Part shown: positions 1 through 8,736 of the stretch, piece after piece
Numbering within the stretch: position 1 is the first letter of the stretch
How the letters are laid out: the number at the start of each line of letters is the position of its first letter
Assembly: GCA_038065055.1 (NCBI GenBank)
Contig: JBBTRT010000002.1
Coordinates: 9,038 to 73,037, forward strand
Length of the DNA stretch: 64,000 nucleotides
Direction: 5' to 3'
From: Patescibacteria group bacterium
Lineage (GTDB): Bacteria; Patescibacteriota; Microgenomatia; UBA1400; CG1-02-47-37
Translations under genes and position numbers: made by a program
The notes under the pieces: model-generated
What the model was told of the DNA's origin: nothing
The model's input: only the letters and a program-made list of their open reading frames with translations
The model's database searches: none

Positions 1-150
1 CTGAACCGCAGTCTTATCAATTAGGTCTAGCTCTTTACGGGAAAAAGCAGTTACTTTAGCTCCGGCCGCCCGAAGTTTCAAAACCAGATGGGAACCGATA
101 AAACCGGTGCCACCGGTAACAAAAACCCGTTTATTTTTGTAAAAATTCAT
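1..150 (-). CDS. NAD-dependent epimerase/dehydratase (extended SDR), first 50 codons only; gene runs off the left edge
   Basis: Reverse-strand translation from ATG at 150..148 gives MNFYKNKRVFVTGGTGFIGSHLVLKLRAAGAKVTAFSRKELDLIDKTAVQ, with a TGGTGFIG Rossmann motif. The start overlaps the end of the upstream gene (131) by 20 nt. Confidence 0.75.
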   Translation of the reverse strand, partial: MNFYKNKRVFVTGGTGFIGSHLVLKLRAAGAKVTAFSRKELDLIDKTAVQ

Positions 151-1312
151 AAAGTTTAGCCGCAATAAAACGTATATCTGCCACGGACATATACGGGTGA
201 CAGCCAAAATAAAATCCCTGACGATTAATCATTTTGGCGACCGGGTACTTGTCTTCCAGATCACCAAAAGTTTTTTTATAAGCCGGCTGGTTAAGTAAAG
301 GCAACAATTCTCTGGTGGCAATGCCGCAGGATTCTAAAAAGTAAATCAGCTCCCATTTATCAATCCGCTTGTCTTTAATCACCAAAGGAAACATCATATA
401 AGCGTGTTCAAAACCTGCCGGCGCTTCGGGTAATTGAAGTTGATTGGCTAAAGGTTTTAAAAGCCGGATCAATAACTTGGCCAAGCGTTGGCGCCGGCTA
501 AGTTGTTTTTTATAATCCCCGGATGCCAATTGGCTTAAACCAATGGCTGCTTCCAATTCACACAAGCGAAAATGCCAACCGATCCGATCAAATTTAAACC
601 GGGAACGAATGACAGTTTTGTTTTTTTGATTCTCATCATTAACCGAAAGATAACGGTCGCTGCGGCCGTGGAAAAGATAACTTCTGGCCATTGATTCAAT
701 TTTCTTATCGTCGCCCAATAAGAAACCGCCGACCCCGGTAGGCAATAAATGAGCAACGTAAGTAGAAAATGCGGCTAAATCGCCCCAGCTGCCGACCGAC
801 CGCTTCTTAACCCCAACAAACATCGCATCGCATGAATCTTCCAAAATTTTCAATTTGTATTTTTTAGCCAACTTAACAATTGCCGGCATATTGGCAGGCA
901 GGCCCAAAACATGGACCGGAATGATCGCCCTGGTTTTCTTGGTTATATGCCGGGCAATTTCTTGAGGGTTAAGATTGTAGGTGGCAAGTTCCACATCAAC
1001 AAAAACCGGCTTTAAACGCAAATGGTAAACCACGTTAGCCGTTGCCACAAACGAGATTGCCGGCACCAAAACTTCGTCGCCATCCCGCCAGCCGTAACGT
1101 TCTTTGAGGGAGGCTAAACCGCACAATAGCGCACCGGTGCCGGACGAGGTAAAAATAGACCAACGGCGACGATGAATTCGGGCAAACATTTTTTCCAGTT
1201 TTTGGGTAAACGGACCGTAAGTCAACCGATTAGTGGCCAAAATTTGCTGAATATATTTTTTAGCCAAAGAATTTAACTTAACTTCTCCTATCGGCACCGG
1301 GCGTTTTTTCAT
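131..1312 (-). CDS. DegT/DnrJ/EryC1-family PLP/PMP enzyme with His replacing the Schiff-base Lys (candidate ColD/E1-like sugar 3-dehydratase)
   Basis: 393-aa ORF with family blocks FTSSGTGALL and DEVLVPAISFVATAN. The four other DegT paralogs here read F-x-F-x-x-N-K-x-x-TTGEGG; this one reads FSTYVAHLLPTGVGG, with His188 at codon 749..751. Confidence 0.8.
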   Translation of the reverse strand: MKKRPVPIGEVKLNSLAKKYIQQILATNRLTYGPFTQKLEKMFARIHRRRWSIFTSSGTGALLCGLASLKERYGWRDGDEVLVPAISFVATANVVYHLRLKPVFVDVELATYNLNPQEIARHITKKTRAIIPVHVLGLPANMPAIVKLAKKYKLKILEDSCDAMFVGVKKRSVGSWGDLAAFSTYVAHLLPTGVGGFLLGDDKKIESMARSYLFHGRSDRYLSVNDENQKNKTVIRSRFKFDRIGWHFRLCELEAAIGLSQLASGDYKKQLSRRQRLAKLLIRLLKPLANQLQLPEAPAGFEHAYMMFPLVIKDKRIDKWELIYFLESCGIATRELLPLLNQPAYKKTFGDLEDKYPVAKMINRQGFYFGCHPYMSVADIRFIAAKLYEFLQK

Positions 1313-1318
1313 AACGTG

Positions 1319-1341
1319 ATTTTAACATACAAGGTTATAAT
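1319..1341. promoter_or_regulatory. divergent -10 boxes
   Basis: TAAAAT on the - strand at 1324..1319 (6 nt before ATG 1312). TATAAT on the + strand at 1336..1341 (12 nt before ATG 1354). Confidence 0.35.
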
Positions 1342-1353
1342 ACTCATACTGAC

Positions 1354-2436
1354 ATGAAAGCGCTTTTGATCAATTACGAATACCCGCCCTTAGGCGGCGG
1401 CACGGCAATGGCAAATTATTATTTGCTAAAAGAGTTTTCCAAATATAAAGATTTAAAGCTTGATTTATTAACCTCAGCCCCTGATCGCTACTGCGAGCAA
1501 AAACTTAATTCGAATATCCGAATTATTAGATTTAATATCGGCAAAAATAAGCAAAATTTACACCACCAAAGCTACGCGGATTTATTGAGATTTTTTTGGC
1601 AGAGCACGAGATGGACTTGGAAACACCGGCAGGATTATGATTTAATTCACGCTTTTTCCGGTTTGCCCGGAAGCATTACCGCTTGGTTATCAGGCAAACC
1701 ATATTTGGTTTCTTTCCGCGGCGCCGATGAACCGGGTTACGAACCCCGGCACGAATTTTTCTGGACAATAATTAAACCATTAATGTATTTTATCTACCGA
1801 CGCGCCCGGGCGTTGGACGCAAACAGCCGGTATCTTAAAAAATTGGTGTTAAAATCATTCCCTGATTTAAAAATCAAAATCATCAATAACGGGATTGATA
1901 CCCGCAGATTTTTTCCGGCAAAAAAGCCGGTGGCTAAACCAATTATCCTCTGCACCAGCCGTTTGGCCGCCAGAAAGGGAGTTGAATATCTAATCCAAGC
2001 TATGGTTTTGGTCCCCCGAGCCAAACTTCAATTAGCCGGAACCGGCAGACTTGAACCAAAACTAAAACATTTAGTCAAGCAACTGCGTCTCTCCCAAAGA
2101 GTTAAGTTTCTGGGGATGATTCCGCACGACCGGCTACCGGTGATTTACCGCCGGGCTAAAATATTTGTTTTACCCAGCTTGTCCGAAAGCCAGTCTAACT
2201 CACTTTTAGAAGCAATGGCGTCGGGTCTGCCGGTAGTTGCCACCAATATTGGCGGCAACCCAGAATTAATTGACGCAACCAATGGATTACTGGTACCCCC
2301 GGCTGACAGCCTGGCCCTGGCTCAAGCGATCATTAAATTGTTAACCTTCAAATTAAAACCTAAACTTAATCAAGTTTATTCGTGGGAAAAAGCGGCTAAA
2401 GAATATTATCAATTATATTCGCGGCTGTTTGTTTGA
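1354..2436 (+). CDS. GT-B glycosyltransferase, GT4-like
   Basis: N-terminal INYEYPPLGGG and C-terminal VLPSLSESQSNSLLEAMASGLPVVATNIGGNPELI (retaining GT-B E-x7-E type block). Confidence 0.85.
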   Translation: MKALLINYEYPPLGGGTAMANYYLLKEFSKYKDLKLDLLTSAPDRYCEQKLNSNIRIIRFNIGKNKQNLHHQSYADLLRFFWQSTRWTWKHRQDYDLIHAFSGLPGSITAWLSGKPYLVSFRGADEPGYEPRHEFFWTIIKPLMYFIYRRARALDANSRYLKKLVLKSFPDLKIKIINNGIDTRRFFPAKKPVAKPIILCTSRLAARKGVEYLIQAMVLVPRAKLQLAGTGRLEPKLKHLVKQLRLSQRVKFLGMIPHDRLPVIYRRAKIFVLPSLSESQSNSLLEAMASGLPVVATNIGGNPELIDATNGLLVPPADSLALAQAIIKLLTFKLKPKLNQVYSWEKAAKEYYQLYSRLFV

Positions 2437-3502
2437 TGTCGTGATTTTTTTTGGCATAACGGTAAGCATTTGCCGCCAATTGGTTATATAGCTTTGGATT
2501 ACTTAATAAATTTTTCAATAAAACCGGCAGTTTTTTTTCATCCCCTTCAGCGCAAAAACCAATTTGGTACTTATCGATGATCTTGTCCGGGTTGACTTTA
2601 TAAGAAATTATTGGCGTCATATTTTTAGCCGCTTGAATAAAAGTATTCGGAAAACCCTCGCTTAAAGAAGTGGAAATAAAAATTTTGGCGGAAGCAAAAT
2701 AGGCATCAATCGCCTTAAAAGGAACGAACTGAATAAATTTAAGATTGGAAATTTTTCCAGCCCGGCGCGCAATAATCTTAAAATAATCAGGCCTGTTTTC
2801 CGCGGGCGGACAGATCATAGTAAATTTTTCCTGAGGGAATTTTTTAGCCAGTTGAATAAATAAATCCGGCCGTTTCCAAATCTCGGCTCTGGCAACCCAC
2901 AAAATCCCCTGTTTATTTATTTTTTTTGGAGGATTAATCGGGTAGCCGGAAGCAACAACTACGCTTTTTTTACTTAACGACCGGCTCAGATTTGCTTGCT
3001 GGTTTTGAGTTTGGCAGATTATTTTATCGGCTAATTTTAACCCCAAAAGAAATAGTTGTCCCCGCCAACCATTTTTTTTCACAAAATCACCATTAACATC
3101 CTGTTCGTGGGCCACCATGTAAATAAATCTCCGGCCCAGTATTTTACAAATTATGGCAATCAAGCCTGTTTCGGCGCCGGCGGCCCGTTGAAAATAAACT
3201 TGGGCGTTAATTTTTCTTAGTTGAATCAATAATCTAATCAAAAAATGCCAATTACCGACTGTTAATCTGCCTAATATCCCTTCAGTTTTTGGTGACTGAA
3301 CAAACTGACAAACTTTTATCCCGTTAAAATTATCCTGCCGATTGATTAATTGATTATCAGTTAGAAAACTGACTGCGAATTTTTTGTTTTTAGCCAATTC
3401 CTGAGCCAAAAGATAGAGTTGGATCTGGGCGCCGCCGAAAACTATTTTCGACCGGGGATTAAAAAGACCGTAGGCAAACCAATCGATAAAACAAGCTTTC
3501 AT
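2396..3502 (-). CDS. GT-B glycosyltransferase (GT4-like), member of a 3-paralog family in this window
   Basis: C-terminal IFISTSLSEGFPNTFIQAAKNMTPIISYKVNPD. The N-terminal CFIDWFAYGLFNPRSKIVFGGAQIQ is shared in pattern with ORFs 5900..7045 and 7063..8028. Confidence 0.7.
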   Translation of the reverse strand: MKACFIDWFAYGLFNPRSKIVFGGAQIQLYLLAQELAKNKKFAVSFLTDNQLINRQDNFNGIKVCQFVQSPKTEGILGRLTVGNWHFLIRLLIQLRKINAQVYFQRAAGAETGLIAIICKILGRRFIYMVAHEQDVNGDFVKKNGWRGQLFLLGLKLADKIICQTQNQQANLSRSLSKKSVVVASGYPINPPKKINKQGILWVARAEIWKRPDLFIQLAKKFPQEKFTMICPPAENRPDYFKIIARRAGKISNLKFIQFVPFKAIDAYFASAKIFISTSLSEGFPNTFIQAAKNMTPIISYKVNPDKIIDKYQIGFCAEGDEKKLPVLLKNLLSNPKLYNQLAANAYRYAKKNHDIKQTAANIIDNIL

Positions 3503-4221
3503 TTTTTAATTCTGACAATCATTGAATAACCGATGGGGCAAGACATTAAAGCCGTAGCAACATATCCTCTAGCAAAAAAATTACTTATTTTCTCAGCGGT
3601 TATTGCTAAAAGATTATTTACTATATATATGGGAGCCAATATACGGGAGCTACCGCCCATGATTCGAAAAAACATATTTATAAAAATAAACACTGAGGCG
3701 GCAATATTATTGCTTGGCTGCAGCAGTAAAACTTCATCCTTTTTAAACAGACTTTTTAATTTATATTGGGTTAATCTTTGAAAATCATCTGGTTGGCCAT
3801 GTTCCGGGAAAATAAATGGTAAAGAAATAAACACCAATGCTTGATTTTTACAAACCCTTCTTAATTCGCTAATAAATTTATATTCATTCAGTGAATGTTC
3901 CAAAACCTCTGAAGCAATTATGGCATCGACAGCATTGCTTTTAATCGGCAGCTTTTGATTATCGGCAATAATATCAGCCAAAGAATTTTTATCTGTGTCT
4001 ACTCCAATATAACGACACTTTTTAGGAAACAATGAACGAAATGGTTTATAACCGCAACCTAAATCTAATACCACCGGCAATTTTTTATGTCTGATTACTA
4101 ATTTTCTAAATTTTTCCATTGTTTGCCGATAACTTCTAGTCATCAAATAAGTAAAGTCAATCAGTTGGGGACGAAGCCTTTCTCTGATTATTTTCGGGTT
4201 TATGAACGGAGTTTTTGCCAT
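3499..4221 (-). CDS. class I SAM-dependent methyltransferase
   Basis: Motif I VVLDLGCGYKPF and downstream DAIIASEVLEH. 4-nt stop/start overlap with the downstream GT. Confidence 0.75.
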   Translation of the reverse strand: MAKTPFINPKIIRERLRPQLIDFTYLMTRSYRQTMEKFRKLVIRHKKLPVVLDLGCGYKPFRSLFPKKCRYIGVDTDKNSLADIIADNQKLPIKSNAVDAIIASEVLEHSLNEYKFISELRRVCKNQALVFISLPFIFPEHGQPDDFQRLTQYKLKSLFKKDEVLLLQPSNNIAASVFIFINMFFRIMGGSSRILAPIYIVNNLLAITAEKISNFFARGYVATALMSCPIGYSMIVRIKK

Positions 4222-5903
4222 AATCTGTCAATTATATATCCGATTACCAAACCGATAAACGGCAATGATTGGGTCATTGACCTAAATTCGACCAAATTTT
4301 TTGAAACCAGAAAAAAATGCGGCACTTCCAATAAGAAAATTAAAATCAAAATATACCTCAACCGTTTATCTTTAATCATTTGCCAGCCGCCGGCAATAAA
4401 CAAAATTAATACTAAGAAATTATCTTTAAAGTAAAGATCTTCAAAAGTTTTCCTTATTCCGGTCAAAGTGGAAATAATCAAATCGGAAATGCTATGCAGT
4501 TTAAAAAAATAGGTAAAGGAAGAGATTGGCGGGCCCTGAAACGGATTCACCGTCATTGATTCTTTGGATGGAAATCCCGGTTTGCCGGCAAACTCAACAT
4601 TAGTATTCCATTTCCAATGCATCTCCTCTGAGTAATTCCAGGTGTGGTAAAGTTTCCAGTTATTATTAATTAATGGCCAAGCAATTAAAAATAACATTAG
4701 GGTCACAATCAATCCCTGTTTAATATTTCTTTTAGCCGCCACAAAAATTATAAGTAGTCCGATTAATTGGAACAGTGAATGAAGCCGGACATAAATTGAA
4801 CCCACCCCAATCAGAAAAATTGCCAGCCAATTTCGCGCTCTTTTTAATCCGGTTTCGAACAGTAAGTAGGCAAACACCATAATAATCAAAGTAAAAACCG
4901 TATCGCGCAATCCTCTGGCAGATAATTGCACTAAATATGGATGGGTACCCACGAATAAAGCGGCAATTAATCCCGTCGTAAACGACTTTATTTTTTTACC
5001 GTACCAAAATACAAACATAATCGTCAAAATATGAAAAAATATACTGGTAAATCTAATTCCCATTTCCGATCCGTACCCGAATAATTTCCATCCGGCAATA
5101 ATTATTAGCGGGTTCAGGCTTTCTTTATTACCGCAATAATTTCCCAGCACCGCCGGCTTAAAGTCAAGAGAAATTAATCTCGGAACTTCCTGAGTTAAAC
5201 AAATAACGTCTCCGTCAAATGAATGGTAACGGTAAGAATATAAATTTTGCCATGCTAAATACAACCCCCAGCTGAAAATCAGAAACAACAGACAAGCTTT
5301 GATCATTTTTTTCTTTGTTGGCCCGACTATTATTAAGATGGGTATAAATACAGAAACTAAAATAGGTACTAGGCTGGGAAAAATAAATTCATGATTGTAA
5401 AACATTAAATAAAAGTCGTAAAGAACGACCGTGGGCGGGCCAGCGACGGCTTCGTTGCTGGCCTCAATTTTAACCCAGAATTTGCTTTGCCTGCCGATTA
5501 GACCAGTGATATCCAGCGGAACCAAATGGTAATATTTGTTCTCGCCGGCTGTTTGCCAATTATTTTGATCCGTTGAGACACTGATTTTATTGCTCCCCGG
5601 AGAAGGTTTGGCCAAAGCTATCTGCAAAATTGTTTTTCGAGCTTCTTCCGGCCTGGTAAATTCATAAATTGCCACCCCTTTGGTTTGGGGATCGAGAGAT
5701 AAATCAATATTGTCTTTGCCCGACCAGCCGGAAAATTCAACCGCGTCAGTCCGCAGCTGATCAAAATTACCCCATAATTTCCCCATCTTAACTTCACTGA
5801 CTAGATTTTTGCCTTCCCAAGAGGCAATGGCAGTCATAATTGCGGTTCTAAAAATTAACCAGTTTAAAGTCAAAATTAAAACCAAGAGGAAGATTTTTTT
5901 CAT
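4200..5903 (-). CDS. polytopic membrane protein, GT-C-like (ArnT/PMT_2-type), with an N-terminal extracytoplasmic domain of about 170 aa
   Basis: 567 aa. A signal-anchor helix is followed by a hydrophilic beta-rich region and then at least 10 hydrophobic segments. The architecture resembles family-39-type lipid-linked-sugar transferases. No HMM was run. Confidence 0.5.
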   Translation of the reverse strand: MKKIFLLVLILTLNWLIFRTAIMTAIASWEGKNLVSEVKMGKLWGNFDQLRTDAVEFSGWSGKDNIDLSLDPQTKGVAIYEFTRPEEARKTILQIALAKPSPGSNKISVSTDQNNWQTAGENKYYHLVPLDITGLIGRQSKFWVKIEASNEAVAGPPTVVLYDFYLMFYNHEFIFPSLVPILVSVFIPILIIVGPTKKKMIKACLLFLIFSWGLYLAWQNLYSYRYHSFDGDVICLTQEVPRLISLDFKPAVLGNYCGNKESLNPLIIIAGWKLFGYGSEMGIRFTSIFFHILTIMFVFWYGKKIKSFTTGLIAALFVGTHPYLVQLSARGLRDTVFTLIIMVFAYLLFETGLKRARNWLAIFLIGVGSIYVRLHSLFQLIGLLIIFVAAKRNIKQGLIVTLMLFLIAWPLINNNWKLYHTWNYSEEMHWKWNTNVEFAGKPGFPSKESMTVNPFQGPPISSFTYFFKLHSISDLIISTLTGIRKTFEDLYFKDNFLVLILFIAGGWQMIKDKRLRYILILIFLLEVPHFFLVSKNLVEFRSMTQSLPFIGLVIGYIIDRLWQKLRS

Positions 5904-7045
5904 TTCATTAACCGGATCATTTGTTTTTTAAAACTCATCAGGTTGGATTTAGGATTATAAACTTGTTCCGCAAATTCAAAGGCGTTGTCGGCGAAAGTCT
6001 GCCAAATATTTTGATTGGCCAAAATCGCTTTTATATTCCTAATTAGTCTATCAAAACTACCGTTTGCGGATATGCCCCAGTGATATTGCCTGAATGAATC
6101 ATTGGGGTCTTTAAATAAAGTTAATCCGGGAATTTTAAAAGCGGCCGCCTGAACCTGCGTCATATTCAGGTTTTTATAACCGGAAGTGTCAATAAACGCC
6201 AAGGCTGTTTGGTAATACCGGTCTAGATCGGTGAACATCGCGTCTTGTTTTAGTTGGAGATTGGATATTTTAGCCGCCGTTTTAATAATAGTTTTATATA
6301 AATCAGGCTCATTTGGAGCGGCCGCCACAATCATTAGAAATTTTAAGTTAGGCAGGCTTTTGGCTAATTTAATAAACGCTTCGGGGTGTTTGCGCGGCTC
6401 GATCCGTCCTACCCACAGTAAATAATTTCTTTTTTTAAAAGGCAAGGTAGTTTTAGGCCGAGGAAACCAACAAGGTAAATTAATGGCCTCTAAATGATAT
6501 TTTTCTTTTATAATTTTCCGGTGGCGGCCGGATAGGCACCAAATAACGCCGGCGCTTTTTATTCCCCAATAATAAATTTCATCATTTGCCACCATATAGA
6601 AAGATTTTTTCCCTACCAGCCTAACGGTTAAATTTATTAAGCCGCTTTCATAATTCGGACTGGCATGAATATAAATGTCGGCCTGAATTTGTTTTAATTT
6701 CTCCCATAGCCGGAAAAAATCCAAATGAGGCCATTGCCATAACCGGTCGAATTTTCCCGCCCAATAAATAAACCAGCGGTGATATTTTTCGATTTGTTTA
6801 TCCTGGTAAATTTTTGGTTGAATTTGGCGAGAGGTTTTATATAAAGTAATGCCGTCTATTTTTTCGGTTACCTGGTTTTTGCGGACATCGTCTTCCAGTA
6901 AAAAACTAACCTCAAACCTCTCATCAGGCGTTAAGTCCTTAGCAATTATATAAAAAATGGTTTCAATTCCTCCAGCCACAATTCGGCTTTTTGGATTAAA
7001 TAAACTATAAGCATAATTAGTGATAAAACAAACTTTTACTGCCAT
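5900..7045 (-). CDS. GT-B glycosyltransferase-like protein (divergent paralog of 2396..3502 and 7063..8028)
   Basis: N-terminal VCFITNYAYSLFNPKSRIVAGGIETIFY matches the paralog pattern. The C-terminal block is degenerate (AFIDTSGYKNLNMTQVQAAAFKIPG). Confidence 0.55.
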   Translation of the reverse strand: MAVKVCFITNYAYSLFNPKSRIVAGGIETIFYIIAKDLTPDERFEVSFLLEDDVRKNQVTEKIDGITLYKTSRQIQPKIYQDKQIEKYHRWFIYWAGKFDRLWQWPHLDFFRLWEKLKQIQADIYIHASPNYESGLINLTVRLVGKKSFYMVANDEIYYWGIKSAGVIWCLSGRHRKIIKEKYHLEAINLPCWFPRPKTTLPFKKRNYLLWVGRIEPRKHPEAFIKLAKSLPNLKFLMIVAAAPNEPDLYKTIIKTAAKISNLQLKQDAMFTDLDRYYQTALAFIDTSGYKNLNMTQVQAAAFKIPGLTLFKDPNDSFRQYHWGISANGSFDRLIRNIKAILANQNIWQTFADNAFEFAEQVYNPKSNLMSFKKQMIRLMK

Positions 7046-7048
7046 AGT

Positions 7049-7060
7049 TTATAATTATAA
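7049..7060. promoter_or_regulatory. palindromic bidirectional -10 element (TTATAATTATAA)
   Basis: Reads TATAAT on the + strand (7050..7055, 7 nt before GTG 7063) and TATAAT on the - strand (7059..7054, 8 nt before ATG 7045) inside a 17-bp divergent spacer. Confidence 0.45.
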
Positions 7061-7062
7061 CC

Positions 7063-8028
7063 GTGAAACCAATAAAAGTATGTTTCATTTCCCTAAGAAG
7101 TTATCCACTTTTTGCCAAAAAATCGCCGGATTATTTTGGCGGGGCTGAGGTGCAAATCAATCTTCTGGCCAGTGAGCTGGCTAAAGACAAGCATTTTAGC
7201 ATCAGTGTGATTACCGGTGATTACGGCCAGCCGGCAATAATCAAACAGGGACGGTTATCATTATTGAAAACAAAATTATTTGATTTTTTCAGGATTCTAA
7301 AATTAGCCGATGCCGATATTTATATCGAGCGGACGATTAATCCCAAAATACTTTTAGTTTATTTATTTTGCCGCTTATTTCATAAAAAATTTATTTACAT
7401 GGTTGCCCACGATTGGGACCTAAATCACTCAGCAATTAAATTAGCGGATTTAATTATTACTCAGCACCAGCAACAAAATAAGATGTTGAAATTTAACAAT
7501 TTGGTGGTGCCGTCGCTGATAAAATTTGGTCCTAATAAAAAGATTTTTAAACGAAAATATATTTTGTGGGTGGGGCGGGCTGATTCATGGAAAAATTATC
7601 AAGCTTTTATTGAATTGGCCAAAAATTATCCTCAGGAAAAGTTTCTTATGATCTGCCGTTCCGGCCAACAAAAAACTCCAGCAACAGATTTGCCTAATTT
7701 AAAAATTATCTCTTTTGTTCCGGCGACAAAAATTTTGGATTTTTTCCGCCAGGCAAAAATCTTGGTCAATACCTCTGAAGCGGAAGGTTTTCCGAATACT
7801 TTTCTTCAGGCAGGCGTTACGAAAACGCCGGTTTTATCTTACCGGGTTAATCCGGATAATTACATCAATAAATATCATTGCGGTTTAATAGGCAGGAACC
7901 GACTAAAACAAATGTTACATAATCCGGCAAGATTAAAAAGTCTGGGAATAAATCATTATCAATATGTTAAAAAATATCACAGTTTAAAAAATATTGAGAT
8001 TTTTAAACAAACTTTGTGTAAGCTTTGA
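7063..8028 (+). CDS. GT-B glycosyltransferase (GT4-like), paralog family with 2396..3502
   Basis: GTG start. VCFISLRSYPLFAKKSPDYFGGAEVQ at the N-terminus and ILVNTSEAEGFPNTFLQAGVTKTPVLSYRVNPD at the C-terminus. Confidence 0.7.
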   Translation: MKPIKVCFISLRSYPLFAKKSPDYFGGAEVQINLLASELAKDKHFSISVITGDYGQPAIIKQGRLSLLKTKLFDFFRILKLADADIYIERTINPKILLVYLFCRLFHKKFIYMVAHDWDLNHSAIKLADLIITQHQQQNKMLKFNNLVVPSLIKFGPNKKIFKRKYILWVGRADSWKNYQAFIELAKNYPQEKFLMICRSGQQKTPATDLPNLKIISFVPATKILDFFRQAKILVNTSEAEGFPNTFLQAGVTKTPVLSYRVNPDNYINKYHCGLIGRNRLKQMLHNPARLKSLGINHYQYVKKYHSLKNIEIFKQTLCKL

Positions 8029-8731
8029 TAACTGTTTCCGGTTGGCCCGATAAGATAACCCGGCCGTGATCCAGCCAAATCGCCCGATCGCAATATTCCT
8101 TAATTTGGTCTAATTCGTGACTGACAATAATCACAGTTTTACCCTGCTGTTTCATGAGTTGAAAAACTTTTTTGGCTTTCTGCCTGAATTCATAATCGCC
8201 GACCGCCAAGACCTCGTCAAGCAAGAAAATATCGCCGGACGATTGGATGGCAATGGAAAACGCCAGTCTCACCTGCATTCCCGAAGAAAAATTTTTTAAT
8301 TTTTGATTGATAAACGGTTTGATGCCGGCAAAGCTAATAATCGTTTCCAACTTTTCCTGAATTTTTTTCCGAGCCATGCCTAAAATTACCCCGTTTAACC
8401 AGATATTATCCAGGGCCGATAAATCAGGGTTAAAACCGACGCCCAGTTCTAAAAACGGCACTAATTGTCCGGTTACCTCCACTTGGCCCTGATCCGGTCC
8501 ATAAATTCCGGCAATAACTTTTAGCAGAGTTGATTTGCCAGAGCCGTTGGGACCGATTACTCCCAGCCATTCACCAGAGTTAACCGCGAGATTGATCCGG
8601 CTTAAAGCGGTAAATGATCGTTTCTGACTTCTTAATTTAAAATTTAATAACCGTTCGCGCAGTGAATCCATTTTTTCCGTCGGTATCTGAAAAGTTTTGG
8701 TGACGTTATGGAGTTGAATTGCCGCAGTCAT
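8003..8731 (-). CDS. ABC transporter ATP-binding protein, polysaccharide/teichoic-acid exporter type (Wzt/TagH-like, short form)
   Basis: Walker A GPNGSGKST, ABC signature FSSGMQVRLAF, Walker B IFLLDEVLAVGD. Sits immediately downstream of an ABC-2 permease. Confidence 0.9.
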   Translation of the reverse strand: MTAAIQLHNVTKTFQIPTEKMDSLRERLLNFKLRSQKRSFTALSRINLAVNSGEWLGVIGPNGSGKSTLLKVIAGIYGPDQGQVEVTGQLVPFLELGVGFNPDLSALDNIWLNGVILGMARKKIQEKLETIISFAGIKPFINQKLKNFSSGMQVRLAFSIAIQSSGDIFLLDEVLAVGDYEFRQKAKKVFQLMKQQGKTVIIVSHELDQIKEYCDRAIWLDHGRVILSGQPETVIKAYTKFV

Positions 8732-8736
8732 AATAT

